Source: Eledone cirrhosa (lineage: Eukaryota). Taken from it: 64,000 nt of DNA. The notes under the pieces were generated by a model. That model was not told the DNA's origin. It searched no databases and saw only the letters and a list, made by a program, of their open reading frames with translations. A program made the translations under genes and the position numbers. The stretch spans positions 140,492,001 through 140,556,000 of the forward strand of contig OZ024740.1 in NCBI GenBank assembly GCA_964016885.1. The letters are read 5' to 3'. Of this stretch, positions 37,900 to 51,199 are shown in pieces. Every line of letters begins with the position of its first letter. The first letter of the stretch is position 1.

Positions 37900-40800
37900 G
37901 ATGAGAGCACTGTAGATGATTTAATCTTACTAGGGTGTATTTAGTCATTTGTCCTGTCCCAAAAGTTAAAATTAGTTGTGAATTAGTCATGCCCATTTGG
38001 TTGAGAAGCCCTCCATTGGTTTGTTTACAAGTAGTAACCATTTACATGATGACATGGTTGTATAGTTGAAAAGTTTGCTTTGTAAGCATGTGTGTGATTT
38101 CACATTCAATTCCAATTGTGCATCACTTTAAGCATCTTCTGTTGTAGCTTCCGAGTAACATTTGATAGGAACAGTGTGATTGCTCATTGTGTGTGTGTGC
38201 ATGCATGAATGCATGTGAGTACTTAAGTCTGTGAAGTGAAAAGTAGTGCATAGAAATAACTTGTAGTATTCATGTTAGACTAGATTATCTTCTTTTACAC
38301 CTGCGTCCACTTTGCAAGAAAATGAGGAAACATCTAGCAAAGTCTGGTATTTGCATCAATCATCATCATCATCATCATCATCATCATTTAACACCTGTAT
38401 TCCTTACTAGCAAGGGTTGGATGGGGCTCCTGTCTCACTTACATGCTTTCCTGCACTCTACAGGGTGCAACAAATGCATTTTATTGTGACACTGGAAGTT
38501 GTCATCTCTTTGACATAATGTAAGAGTCCTTTTGACTCTTTTTTTTTTGCCATGGTTTCTATAGCCAGTGCCTTTCCTATAGGCAAGCACTTTACATGGT
38601 GTACTAGAGAGGTTGCCATGTCATGACTGGAGGGTCCTCTCGACCCTCTTTTGACATGGTTTCTATGGCTGGAAGCAATTCCTAACTCCAACCACTTTAT
38701 AAGGTGTACTGGGTACATTTTTCATGGCATCAGTTCATCAATGCCCTGTGAGTGGAATTTGGTCAATGGAAACTGAAGAAGCCCATCAAATGTGTGTGTA
38801 TTTGTGTCTATATGTATATGTCAGTGTTTATGTCCTGTAGTTTAGTGGTTTGACAGAAGTGATAGATAAAATGTGTGCCAGACACCCAAAAATGTCCTGG
38901 GGCTGACAGGATTGACTAAATCGAGGCTGTGCTCCAGCATTGCTGCAGCTTAAAGACTGAAACCAGCACACACACACAAAAAAAAAAGGAATATTAAATC
39001 CTTTTCACATTCATGATTATTTTCCAAATTATTTGAAAATCATATATAGTGTCTTTAATTAGAAATATGGCAATGAAAGGATTAAGCTGTTAAAATTACA
39101 AAACATAAATTTTTAATAGCAGCTGTGAGCTTGAAACGGTTTTAATGAAGTCCACCTGTGAGACAAGATAAAACATGGTGATTGTTATGATTACAACAGA
39201 CATTGACAATATTTGAGAAGAATGTTTTCACAGCAGTTTTCACTTCTTTTCCCTAATTAAGTCAGAAAAATATTTGAGCAATGTGAAACATGCAAACATG
39301 CTCTTACTATAAGGGTTGTTGGGGAGGTTCTGACAATTTATGAAGTACTGCATTCATACATGTGTATATAATCACACATTTATATATTTAAACATGTAAA
39401 CATGTTTAAAATTATGCAAATCTATAGGTCCAGTTCTCTATTTCTGCCACATTGATGGGTATATAAAACCTTTAGTTATGTATTTCTTTGTGGATTGTGA
39501 AAGATGTAAATAGCTTCTGATAATGTTCTCAACAAAGATCGTAACTCAGGTTAAGCTGTTTATTTATTTATTTTCTTTTTTTGGCAGTCAGAGAAATATG
39601 TAAATAAGGCATGCTTACATGTTTAAATCAAAACCTGTACTGTTTGTGTACAGATATGAATTTATAGTATAATGTATATTCAACTAACAGCTGTACCTGG
39701 TCTTGCCTGGGATTATTAATACCTAAAATAGATATTATCACATGGATTCATGATACCTTTTATCAATTGCTTTTAAAAAGTGCTAATAATGTTCAGTTGG
39801 TTCCTGAACCAATTGTGTTGTTTGTCTAAGTTATAAAACATTTCGCGTATTTTCCAACATTCAGTTGTAATTTTGTTGTGTTCTTCAACCTATTTGTAAA
39901 ATTTTCTTATATGTATTTTCCTTATATTCTGTTTAAATTTTATCATAGGCTGTAACCGACCATATTTTGTTATTGTAGTGACTCCTATGCATCTTCGCCA
40001 GTTATTTAAAACTATTAACACATTGGCTGTAGTAATGACAACTGCTCTTAATGTTTGAACATATAACACCTCACAACATTTCCACCAATTACCACTGCCA
40101 TACTACACTTCTGCCACCTACAACTGTCCATACAATGCCACAGCACTTCTGCCATTTGCCACTATCATATTACGCTGTCATTTTGATCAATTTGTTCAAC
40201 CACCCACCAGTTGCTGTAAAAATCAACTGTCTTGCATTTATTTAGTCTGTCCTCCTACTTTGCATTGCACATACAATATAATAAATCACACACTCCTTCC
40301 CTATTATGTGTAACAGCAATATCCATTCTTTATACTTGCAAAAGAAAACCAAAGGAGAGCGAGGAAGAGAGTAGAAAAATATAATGATGATATAAAAAGA
40401 TATTTATAAATCAAATGGATGAAACTGATTTCCTATCAGTGGAAAAAGGAATAATTTTTAGAAAACTATCACGTAAAAGTTATAGTAGAAAGAAGATAGA
40501 ATTTCCAATAGTTGGCGGCGATATATTTATTTTGAAAGATCCCTTAAATTTAGTATGCAATTAAAATACCTCTTTCTCTCTACACCACCTAAAGTTGATT
40601 ACTTAGTACAACTGTCCTCAACCTCAGTGGATAATGTGGACAACATATAGTGCTATCACTGCAAGTGACGACAAAATATTTTTACTATCCTATTTATGGA
40701 TGGCTTTTAAATAAATATGAATGCTCTAGAATAAACAGCTTGATATCAGAGAACTAAGGGCAGTTTCGGGTGATTTGGAATTGAAAGGGTTAAATAATAG

Positions 40801-41697
40801 TTTTAAATTTAGGCACAAGATCAGCATTTTGGGCAGGGAAGGAAGTTGTTTATACCAATTCCAGTATTTTATTATTATTACAATTTCTTACTTCTGCAAT
40901 CCTTTTGATACCAACTCAGCCCAAACTGGCTCTAGTTCTATGTAACCAAATCACCCACTTTAAAGGGTTCCTATTTTCATTAAAGTCTTCCAACATTATA
41001 TAATAGATATATGTTAAGTTACTGTCTTAATAATGAAGTAATTAATCATTTTTATAAATACTTCAAGATTCTTTATTAACTAATTGAAATAAGGGGTATT
41101 TCATTAGGAATATGGTGATGAAAGGGTTAATAGTAATCATCATCTGATATCATCTGCTTTAAGCAGGTTGAATACCATGCATTTTCATCTCAGTCTGTCC
41201 AATTCTTGATATTATTCATTCATGTAATTCTTGTTTTTTTTCTTCCTCTCTTCCTATTTATTTTACTTTCTATTATGTCTCTAAACCATATTTTTAAAAT
41301 TTTAATATCCAAAATATTTTAGTTTTGTATCTTTGTTGGTGTCTGATAAAATTCCTAGTTTTTGCTATTTTTAAAAACAATTCAACATTCTTTTTTTTTG
41401 TTCTGTCCTTCCATTTCTTGCTTTTAAAAATTCTTTATGTAACCTTGTAGCTAAAAGAGTCCTCCATGTCAGGAAAGGTGCCCAACTGTAAAACATTGCC
41501 TTAAAAAATCAGCACTCCATGGTTAGTAACAAAGAAGTCTATCATTAGGCCTAAAGGACTAAACCTCTGCTGTAGTAGGAAAAATGGCCTTAACACGCTT
41601 GTTGTGTTGATAGAATGTTTGTTTCATACACCATAATTATGTTATATTATATGTAGTAATTATTTCAACCGTTTAATTTCTACTTGTCTATTTGCAG

Positions 41698-41892
41698 CTG
41701 ATTGGTGGTGCACTATGTGCCATTGGACTGTGGGCATGGACAGAAAAGGATATGTTCCACAACATTGGCAAACTAACCAACATTGCCCTTGACCCAGCAC
41801 TTCTGTTTATCATTGTTGGTGGGGTCATGTTCATTATTGGTTTCACAGTGTGTATTGGAGCACTCAGGGAAAACACTGTTTTGTTGTTGATT
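41698..41892 (+). CDS. Internal coding exon of a TspanC8-subfamily tetraspanin (TSPAN5/TSPAN17, Tsp26A-like): end of TM1, small extracellular loop, TM2, inner loop
   Basis: Bounded by tttgcag|CTG and ATT|gtaagt; 65 codons, phase 0-0. Translates LIGGALCAIGLWAWTEKDMFHNIGKLTNIALDPALLFIIVGGVMFIIGFTVCIGALRENTVLLLI, with the TspanC8 hallmarks GLWAW.EK, DP, GF..CIGALREN. No other exons identified in the window. Confidence 0.93.
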
Positions 41893-42310
41893 GTAAGTAA
41901 ATTTCATTTATCGCCTCTCTCTTTCTTCTCATCCATGTCATCTCTTCCTCAGTTCATGCCATCACTTTTTTTTCTCTGCCACCGCTTCTCTTTCCACCTC
42001 TCCTCTCTCTCATCTTTGACCTAATTCTTCTTTCTCATGTCCTTTCTTTTTCTCTTCACCTGTTTTATTTTTATTTTTCTCCAATTTACAATCTCTCACC
42101 ATTGTTCTTGAACCACCCCCTCCGTCTTTCATCATCATCATCATGGTTATATTTCTAGCTTTATAGTTCACTCCTTTGTCTTTCCTTGCTTTTTCTTTCT
42201 CTCTCTCTCTCAACTGTTCAACAAGCAGCTTCTAAAGTTTGGAAGTTCTAATCCTGACACGAAAAATAAAATTTCATATAAGTCCTTAGTGTTCCTGTAG
42301 GAGCAATGAT

Positions 42311-42770
42311 ATCATCACCATCATCATCATCACCGTTTTACGTCCGTTCTTCCACGCTAGCATGGGTTAGACGGGTTGTCCTGTTGTGGGCAGTGTCTGG
42401 TCGGCTGACCATGCCTTACTCATACAGGAACTGATTTGGCTTGATTTCTACAGCTGGATGCCCTTCCTAACATCAACCTCATTTACAGTGAGTGCTGGGT
42501 GCTTTTTCGTGGCGCCTACACGTCCACTTTACAGTGTGGGCTGGGTGCTTTTTTGCCGTGGCACCTCCACGACCACCTTGCAGTGGGGGGTGTGGGGGCA
42601 TATTGTCTATATGCTTCAGCTTGTACCCATGGGAGGTCGGGTGCTCTGTATTACTGCGTGACGCCAGAGGTCACGGTCGTGTGTCATTGCCTTTGAGAGG
42701 TGTAATTGGGTAAGGTCGGCTTTTATCACCCCATCCCACCTCATCCTATGTGTCTGCTAAAAGAATTGTG
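42311..42770 (-). mobile_element. RTE 3'UTR fragment (long-UTR subfamily sharing its body with the SINEs)
   Basis: (CAT)n tail, ctggatgcccttcctaac motif and ~42-bp repeats; nearly identical to 57275-57550. Confidence 0.8.
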
Positions 42771-43099
42771 GGTGGTAAGGGCAATAGATTGTGAGGCAAG
42801 AGTTAGATTGACTAACCTAGACCATACCAGCAGTCTAAAAGAAGTATTGTATTATGAGGGTTCAGCAATGGCGAAAGTAATCAAATATTTCCTGCTTACG
42901 CAAGTTCGATATCTTCATTGGCAATGTCTCTTTTTCCACATCCATTTTAACACAATCCTTTTAATACCAACCCACATGAAACTGCCCCTTGGTTCTATGA
43001 TACAAAGGTGTTTATTTTAAAGTGTTTATATTTATCTAAATCCTTCCATCATAATATTATGTTAGAATCTTTGAACTATTTTAAAAAATGCAATTTACA

Positions 43100-44620
43100 A
43101 AATTGACAAAGAGAAAGCTTTGCTGGTCTGAGAAAAGGGACAGGCATAAACGGGACCACCAAAAACACTGCAATATGGTTGGAAACAATACTGCATTGTC
43201 CTTCGCACAGGATAACAAGGGATGCATTCAAGTCTTAGGTAGAGAGGCTTGTTCAAAAACTACATTGCAGTCTCCACCCAACACTGCAAGAACTGGTGAT
43301 GAGCCTGCAACCTGTCCTGGGAAGGTCCATAAGGGAGCAAACCTTGACAATTGGTGACTGGCAAGAAGCAGGAATTAGTGGAGGAGGCCAGATGCTACTG
43401 GCTAGATATAGTCAGGGTTTCCTCAACAAAGTTCTGTGGCTCTGGTACTGTAGATTTGAGTGGAAGATGGAAACACCACTAATCAGGTGTGGCACCAGAA
43501 ATGACTGCACAGGTGGGAGTGGGGATACTCACAATCTCCCGGCTGTCAGAATGTTTTATGGACTGGATCCCATTAGGAGGGAGGATTTGCCTCTTGAAGC
43601 TTAGGCTGAAAGATAGGTTTCTGTGGGTAGTGCAAATTTATGTGCCAAACTGAAAGACTAATAGAGATCCTTCCTTGATGAAGTCACTGTAGCATTGGAT
43701 TTAGTTAAGACTGAGTCATATATCCTAATGGGAGACTTCAATGCACGTTGGCACTGATTACCTGACATAGAAAGATTGATCTAAATATGAATTGAGAGGC
43801 CTTATTAGATTATTCTAGTAATGGGCTCTATTATGAACACCTAGTTTAAAGACATCAATACATGGTATAAGGGGAATCGAGGACATAGATCAATAATTGA
43901 TTTTGTTATTGTCTGTGATCTCTTTGATTCTGTGCTGTTTGTGTTAAGAGAAGAGATGAGCTGCCAACAGATCAACATCTAGTTATCTGCAACTTGAGAC
44001 TACCTAAAGCCAAGAGCGCCCAACACTCACATTTAATGGTTTTGAATTGACACCATTTATCCAAACATAAATGCATTCATATAGAGATATTAGGGCAACA
44101 AGAAGCTATTCATTGATCCCATACTCCTGCAGAATCTTCCACAACAAACCTCATGGAACACGGTCATATGCCTTTTCGAGGTCTATGAAACAAGAATGCA
44201 CATCTTGGCAATAGTCCCTTGATTTCTCAAAGACCTGTTGCAGTGTGAATATTTGGTCGGCTGTGCAGCATCCAGGATGAAAACCACACTGTCAATTAGC
44301 TTGGACTCAACAATATCTCTATATCTCTTTGCCAGGCTCTTAGCATAGACTTTACTGGGTGTCTCAAGAAAGAGTCGCTGGGCAGATTTAATGGGCAAAA
44401 CCAACTGGCAGGAGACTCTGGGGTAAAAAACTCAAACAAGATATTTGGATATCATCCATGAGCTAGGCTGGTCTTGCCTGGGGATCCAGCTAGATCAATT
44501 GGAGATGATTACTCCTGACAAGATTTTCTGGAAGGTGTACTTGAGGACTCTGCTTCCATGACCCTCCCAAAAATAAGCGGGTGGAGAAGACAAAAAAGAA
44601 AAAAGAAATGAAAAACGAAA
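43100..44620. mobile_element. Decayed Expander/Rex3-like RTE with an inverted RT segment, inserted in a TTAA MITE
   Basis: + strand APE (YILMGDFNA; RSIIDFVIV) ~43650-44000; - strand RT (KVYAKSL; QIFTLQQVFEK; CFIDLEKAYDRVP) ~44055-44375; + strand C-terminus (LGWSCLGI...TLLP*PS) 44380-44590 plus an A-rich tail. Confidence 0.72.
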
Positions 44621-45288
44621 AGGATTTATGGAGAGGGGACAATGTCTACACCCTTGGCTGAACAATGTATCTGCATCCAGCAGACAAGATGGCATTGCCA
44701 TAGAGACAGCCAGCAATACCTACTGCATCAGCCATTCCATTTCACGCACTCTTTTCTCAGGTGTAATGCCGCCCTCATCCTGATTTGGTGGTGGAGAATA
44801 GCAGTCTGTGGACCAAGAACATTTGGTGGATGACTCAGAAAGGAAAGGGTCATGCAACAGCCTGCCATTTAGTTATTTTCTACTTCTCTGTGTTGTGGTC
44901 AGTGGTGGCTGAAGCAATGAAGTTGGCATTGGAGAAGATGTGACATGTGGAATCCCAGATGATTGACTTACTTGCCTCATTAAAGATATGGTAATGAAAG
45001 GGTTAAGTCCTCATCTTTCACCACCAAATAGATCTGATCAGTGAACTAAGTTAATAAGGAGACTTATTTTTTAAAGTTAGAATGTTCACCATGCTCTGAT
45101 AATATTTAATGGCGTCTGTCAATTTGTTTTTATATTTATCTTACAAATGACAAAATAATAAAAAAAAGCTACTAGAAAAAGGTTAAATAAGAAAACAAGG
45201 ATATATATTTTTTTTCTTTCCTTATTACAGCAAACTTCCGTTATGGTATTTCAGATGTATAGACTTTTTCAGTTTCTTGTGTGTGTGT

Positions 45289-45340
<52 letters not shown>

Positions 45341-46087
45341 GTGTGTGTATGTCTCTGTGTGTGTCTTAGTTTCTATTATTTTCTCTCTTCCATTATCATG
45401 TTGTGTGTAGATCAGCTGGTGTGAATATAGTGAATATAGCATTCAGCATCACAAAACACTGATCATTTCCAGTATTACTTTGTGATTTTTCTGGTTAGAT
45501 TTATCAACACAAGGGCACGTACAATGTGTATATCTATCAACATAATCACACACATGTATACATGTATTGACACAATTACACATGTATTTCTATACATAGA
45601 TCAACGCGAACATACATGAACAGAACCAGACGTATGTGTGTGTATAAAACGATGCGGTCATGCATATGTGCGCGTACATACGCTTGTGTTGAGATGTAAT
45701 TGCCTTGTTAATATGCGCATAATTAATGCAAGTTCGTTGGTACTTTGGGGAAGTCCATTGAGAAAATATTGACATCTTAGAATATTCATGTCATCATTGC
45801 ACACAGTCTTATACAATGTAGTACTGTATGCTTGTATTTTTTATATGTATATATATATATGTGTGTGTGTGTATTATTACACATGTACGTGTGTATGTGA
45901 ATATATTATTACACACAAACATATCTATTTACATGTATGTATCTATGTATAAACACACAAAAGAGTGTGGGCCTAGCTGTATGGTAAAGAAGTTCACTTC
46001 ACAACCACATGGTTTCAGGTTCGCGCGTGTGTGTGTGTGTACAGATGTGCATATATGATTTATTAATAAGCTAGTTGTTCAAAAAAT

Positions 46088-48924
46088 ATCATCATCATCA
46101 TCATCGTTTAACGTCCATGTTCCACGCTTGCATGGGTTTGGACGGGAGTTTTCCCACTTGAGGCAAGAGTGATTGTCTTGCTCGCATAGGACTGTCTGGC
46201 GGGTTTTCTACAGCTGGATGCCCTTCCTAACACCAACCACATTTACAGTGTGGGACTGGGAGGTTTTTACCGTGTTGCCTACACGGCCACATTACAGCGT
46301 GGACTGTGTTTTTTTGTCGTGACACCTACATGATCTCATTTGTTTCGGCTTGGATGTTGTGGCACCAACATAACTTTACATTGAAAGGGGCGGTGTGGAT
46401 TTTACGGGGGTGTATTTTGTTAGAGATGCCTACTGACTGTAGTAGGTTTTACTTTGTATTTAGGTAAGGCGTGTCTTCTCTATTACTGAGTGCCGCCAAA
46501 GATCTCGGTCCAGTGACATTGTCTTGGAGAGGTGTAAGTGTGTGAGGTCGGAGTTTATCAGGTCGTCCCAGGTTTTTCTGGGTCTGCCTACTCCGTGGCT
46601 ACCGTCTATCTTTATTGCCCTGCACTTTTTTATACAGCTGTCGTCTTTCATGCGCATCACGTGACCGTACCAACGTAGTCTTCTCTCGAGTAAACAACAT
46701 CTGATCCCTCTTATTTCTAATTTTTCCCTTAGTTCGTTTATGCTTTGCCGTTCGCGTATTACGTGACCATAGCAATGTAGCCTTCTCTCGAGTAAACAAC
46801 ATCTGATCCCTCTTATTTCTAATTTTTCCCTTAGTTCGTTTATGCTTTGCCGTTCGCGTATATTACTATTACACATCCAGCGGAGCATGCAAGCTTCGTT
46901 CCTCTCTAGTCTGCGTATATCCTCTGCACACAATGCCCAGGTCTCACTGCCATGCAACATTGCTGTTCGTATGCAGGCATCATACAGCCTGCCTTTCATT
47001 TTTAGGGAGAACCCTTTAGCGGCTAATAGTGGTATAAGCTCTCTGAACTTTTTCCATCCAGTTCTGACTCTAGCTACTGTACTTTCAGAGTACCCACCCC
47101 CACTGCTGATTTTGTCACCCAGGTAACGGAAGCTGTCCACTATTTCTATAGAACCCTCTGCGCAATTGAAAGAGCTAGTATTTTGTGGGCACTTTCTGCT
47201 ACTTATTGCACCAGAGAACCGGCCACATGTAAAATCTATGTTCTTAGTTAGCTTACCTATGATCCCACTACATCTTTTATGCACCCATACTTTGCATTTC
47301 GGACATATAATGGAGTTTCTACCTACACCTTTCCTACACACTGAGCATGGCCATTTCCCGGAAGGGACCGGCGCCTTATTTTCTTTCCTACAAACTAGAC
47401 CTTTAGTCTTAGCCAGGTTAATTTTAAGGCCTTTTGATTCTAGGCCGTGCTTCCATGTTTGGAATTTCTTCTCTAGCTCGGCAATTGATTCAGCTAATAG
47501 CGTTAGATCATCTGCGTATAGGAGTTCCCATGGGCAGCCGGTCTTGAACTCCACTGTTATAGCCTGAAGGGCAATAATAAATAGTAGGGGCTAAGAACAG
47601 AGCCCTGATGAACACCAACTTTTACGCTAAACTCTTCACTATATTCGTTGTTAATTCTAACCTTGCTGACTGTTTCTTTATACATGGCTTGTATAGCTCT
47701 GACAAGCCATTCATCAACACCTAGTTTTCTAAGAGCCCACCAGATAATGGAACGGGGGACTCTGTCGAAGGCTTTCTCCAAGTCGACGAAAGCTAAGTAT
47801 AGGGGTTTACTTTTAGCTAGGTACTTCTCCTGTAGTTGTCGTACAATGAAAAGAGCGTCTGTGGTACTTTTGCCTGACACAAACCCGAACTGCATTTCAT
47901 CTAGATCAATTCTCTCTCTGATTAGTTGCGCTATTACCTTTTCCGTGACCTTCATGACCTGGTCGATTAATTTAATGCCTCTATAGTTACTCCTATCTAG
48001 GGCATCTCCTTTACCCTTGTAGCAGTTAATGATGATGCTGCTACGCCAGTCCTTCGGAACAACCCCATTCTGTATGACTTGGTTTACTATCCGGGTGACC
48101 ATGGTGTGTCCCACCGTTCCAGAGGCTTTCAGCATCTCAGCAACTATTTCCGAAGGCCCAGCCGCCTTACCCGTCTTCATATCTTTGATTGCCTTACTTA
48201 TTATACTACCTTCGACTAACACTGCTGGTCCCTCTATTGGGTCGATGTGGGGTAGACTGTCTTTCTCCCATTTATTCTCCTCATTTACTAGCCTTTCGTA
48301 GTGACACTTCCAAGCTACCTTCTTATCAGCGTCAATGATGGCAAGTACGCCATCATCGTTAAGTACACACTTCTCCCCGACAATATCACGGTTTTCCTTG
48401 ACACATTGCCTAGCAATCCTGGACACCTCACGTTTTTGGTCCTCGCGTTGTAGAACATGCTTGAACTTTCTTTCCTCTGCTTCCCTTCTTGCGAAGTACA
48501 CTTGTCTCCTAGCTTCCCTCCTGGCCACTTGATAGTCTTCTCTACTTCCCCCATCCCGCCATATTTTCCAAGCCTGCTTTTTGGCCTTAATTGACTCCTC
48601 CACCTTACTGTTCCACCACCATGTTACTCTCCTCCTGCCTACAGGCCTGCTCCAGCCACAGACTTCGTCTGCCGCCATCAGCAGGTTTGCTTTCAGGAAT
48701 TCCCACTGTTCCTCTATATTGTACGACTCTAATTGCTCTTCCTTACTGTCGAAAGCATCAAGTAATATGCTTTTAAATTTATTTCTGGCTGTGGGGTCCT
48801 TTAGCTTCCATATTTTTCTCCTGAGGATAGTCCTCTTCTGCTGTCGAGTACATCTCGTCCTGACTATGAGGTTGCTAACTATGAGTCTATGTTGGGAGGT
48901 GCATTCTTCATGGGGGAGGGATTT
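46088..48924 (-). mobile_element. 5'-truncated young RTE LINE (RT with YADD and internal Cys/His finger)
   Basis: ORFs 47557-48963 and 46460-47554 are separated by a single-base loss in a G run (~47587); YRGIKL, QFGF, DLEKAFDRVP, LYADDL, GRPRKTW; (CAT)n tail. Confidence 0.96.
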
Positions 48925-49442
48925 GTATGTATTAAATGTAAATGTATTTACAGATAAAAGCAAAACAATATATAGAATAAAACAAAAAACAAGTCAAATA
49001 AAAACAAGTACTAGGTCTTTTTCTTGTGCTTTATTGCTTGTAAGTAAATCTACTTTTACATTCAATATATATGTATTATATGTATATAATGAATGTAAAA
49101 TTGTGTGTGTGTGTGTGCAGATGCACAATCATTAGGTTTGATCCCACTGCATGGCATTTTGGGGGAAGTGTCACTTATCATAGCTTCAAGTTGACCCATG
49201 CTTTGTGAGTGAAATTGGGTAGATGGAAACTGTTTGGACACCTATTGTGTGGATTTTATACCTGTAATTTAAGGGGCTAGTCTTGTCATACCCTGTGTCA
49301 TGCTGAATTTCTCTGAGAATTACATTGAGTACACATGTATTTAGAATACTCAACCACATAGACGTTGATTTTACAAGCAATTTGTTCTATTGATTGAACA
49401 ACTGGAACACTTGTTGAAACCAACAAAGGTCTATTTCATTTC

Positions 49443-49473
<31 letters not shown>

Positions 49474-50059
49474 ATCACTTGTATGTATCACTTATCATGG
49501 ATGTCCTTTATAACAACAATCACTTTAAAGCGTGTACTGGGTGTATTTTATCATGGAACCAGTACTACTACGGTATGGTATATACCACATGCATTTTTCA
49601 TGGCACCAGCATTATCACTTTATTGACTCAAATGGGTGCATTTTATCATGGCATCAGCACTACCACTAGAGGTATTTTATTGTGGCACTAGCAATGCCAT
49701 TTTACAAAATGCCTTGCAGTATTTGTACACTCTCTGTTCTTGCACACTCTCTTAGTTTGAATCTTGCATGAGGTCATCTTTACCTCATCATTTCAGGTTT
49801 GATAAATAAAGTACCAGACCAGGGCAGTGGATTGGTGACATTCTTGCAACATCAGATTCAGTGCCTTGTGGCACCCATTCCCGCTCTGTACATCCTAAGT
49901 TCAAATTCTAGCATCTGTCATAGGAACATAATAGAACCGAGACACCCTATTTTTAATCCTTTCTTGCCATATTTCTAATGAAGAACATTGCATGATTTCC
50001 AAATAAGTATTTTTAAATAATCAAGAATTTTCAGGAATTAAGTAAGATAACTAACTTCA

Positions 50060-50775
50060 TCATTATTTTATCAACCTCAGAAAGATGAAAGGGAAAACAT
50101 TTTGTTGGATGCTCTAACTATTCTGTCAATGTACCACTCTAATAATTGTTTCTACTTTTGGCACAAGGCCAGCAATTATCCCAGTGTATTACTGGTACTT
50201 TATTTTATTGACCCCGTAAGGATGAAAGGCAAAGTTAACCTCGGCGGGGTTTGAACTCAAACCATAAAGGGCCATAACTCTTTGCTGCAAAGCATGTCGT
50301 CCGACCTCTACCTACATTGCTAATCCACCGCCCTTTGTACCACTCTAATAATGATTCTGATTTAGGCACAAGGCCAACAATTTGTGGTGTGGAGAAAGTT
50401 GATTAAACTTATCAGTGTGTCATTGGTATTATTGACCCCAAAGGGATGAAAGGCAAAGCTAACTTCAGCAGGATTTGAACTCAGAACGCAAAGGGACGTA
50501 ACTCTGCCGGAAAGCATGGTGTCTGACAATCTATTGATATTGCCAATCCACCACCCTATAATAACAATAGTAATAATAATGGTTTTTGATTTATGTACAA
50601 GGCCAACAATTTTGGGTGAAGCGAAAAGTCGATTAAATTGACTCAGTGCTTGATTGGTACAACCCCAAAGGAATGTTGACTGTTGATGGATTTAAACTCA
50701 GAACATAAAAAGCCAAAACAAATACTGCAAAGCATTTGTTCAATGCCTTAAATCTCCTGCCAACCCACCACCCTA
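50060..50775 (-). mobile_element. Tandem cluster of ~4 Meta-like SINEs
   Basis: Repeated ggcacaaggcc..ttgacccc..ggatgaaaggcaaag..atttgaactc..ccaccgccc; the copy at 50147-50335 has TSD tgtaccactctaataat (50130-50146 / 50336-50352). Confidence 0.8.
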
Positions 50776-51147
50776 ATATTAAATAAGAATATCAACACTA
50801 AAACCCAATGACAAAGTATTATCTGTAAGCTAAACCTTCAGACAAAAGGCTAGACAGACAGAAGTTACAAATAAATCTTCTTTATTCCACCTACTCAAGT
50901 GTCTGTTATATATTCCTGGGTGTTGTTGCTAAGCTGATTAATATTGCTTTTTGTACTCTATTTACTTTATTTTCTTTTATTAAATTTAGATATTTATTTC
51001 TTCATTTCTTTAACTACCATTATTTCCTCCAGTTGTTGTGTTTTGTGTTTGAAAATATAATTGGTATGACAACCTCTTACAGAAGTAGTAGATTAGAAAA
51101 TATCTCTGTATGTTGGCAGTAGTAACAGTAAAAATGCTAGACACAGA

Positions 51148-51199
<52 letters not shown>

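Noticed and set aside
41893-42024. ORF extension beyond the tetraspanin exon
   Set aside because: Read-through past a consensus gtaagt donor into pyrimidine-rich intron.
47166-49135. Multiple + strand ORFs of 90-184 aa (also 9165-10866, 61914-63029)
   Set aside because: Antisense shadows of RTE ORFs.
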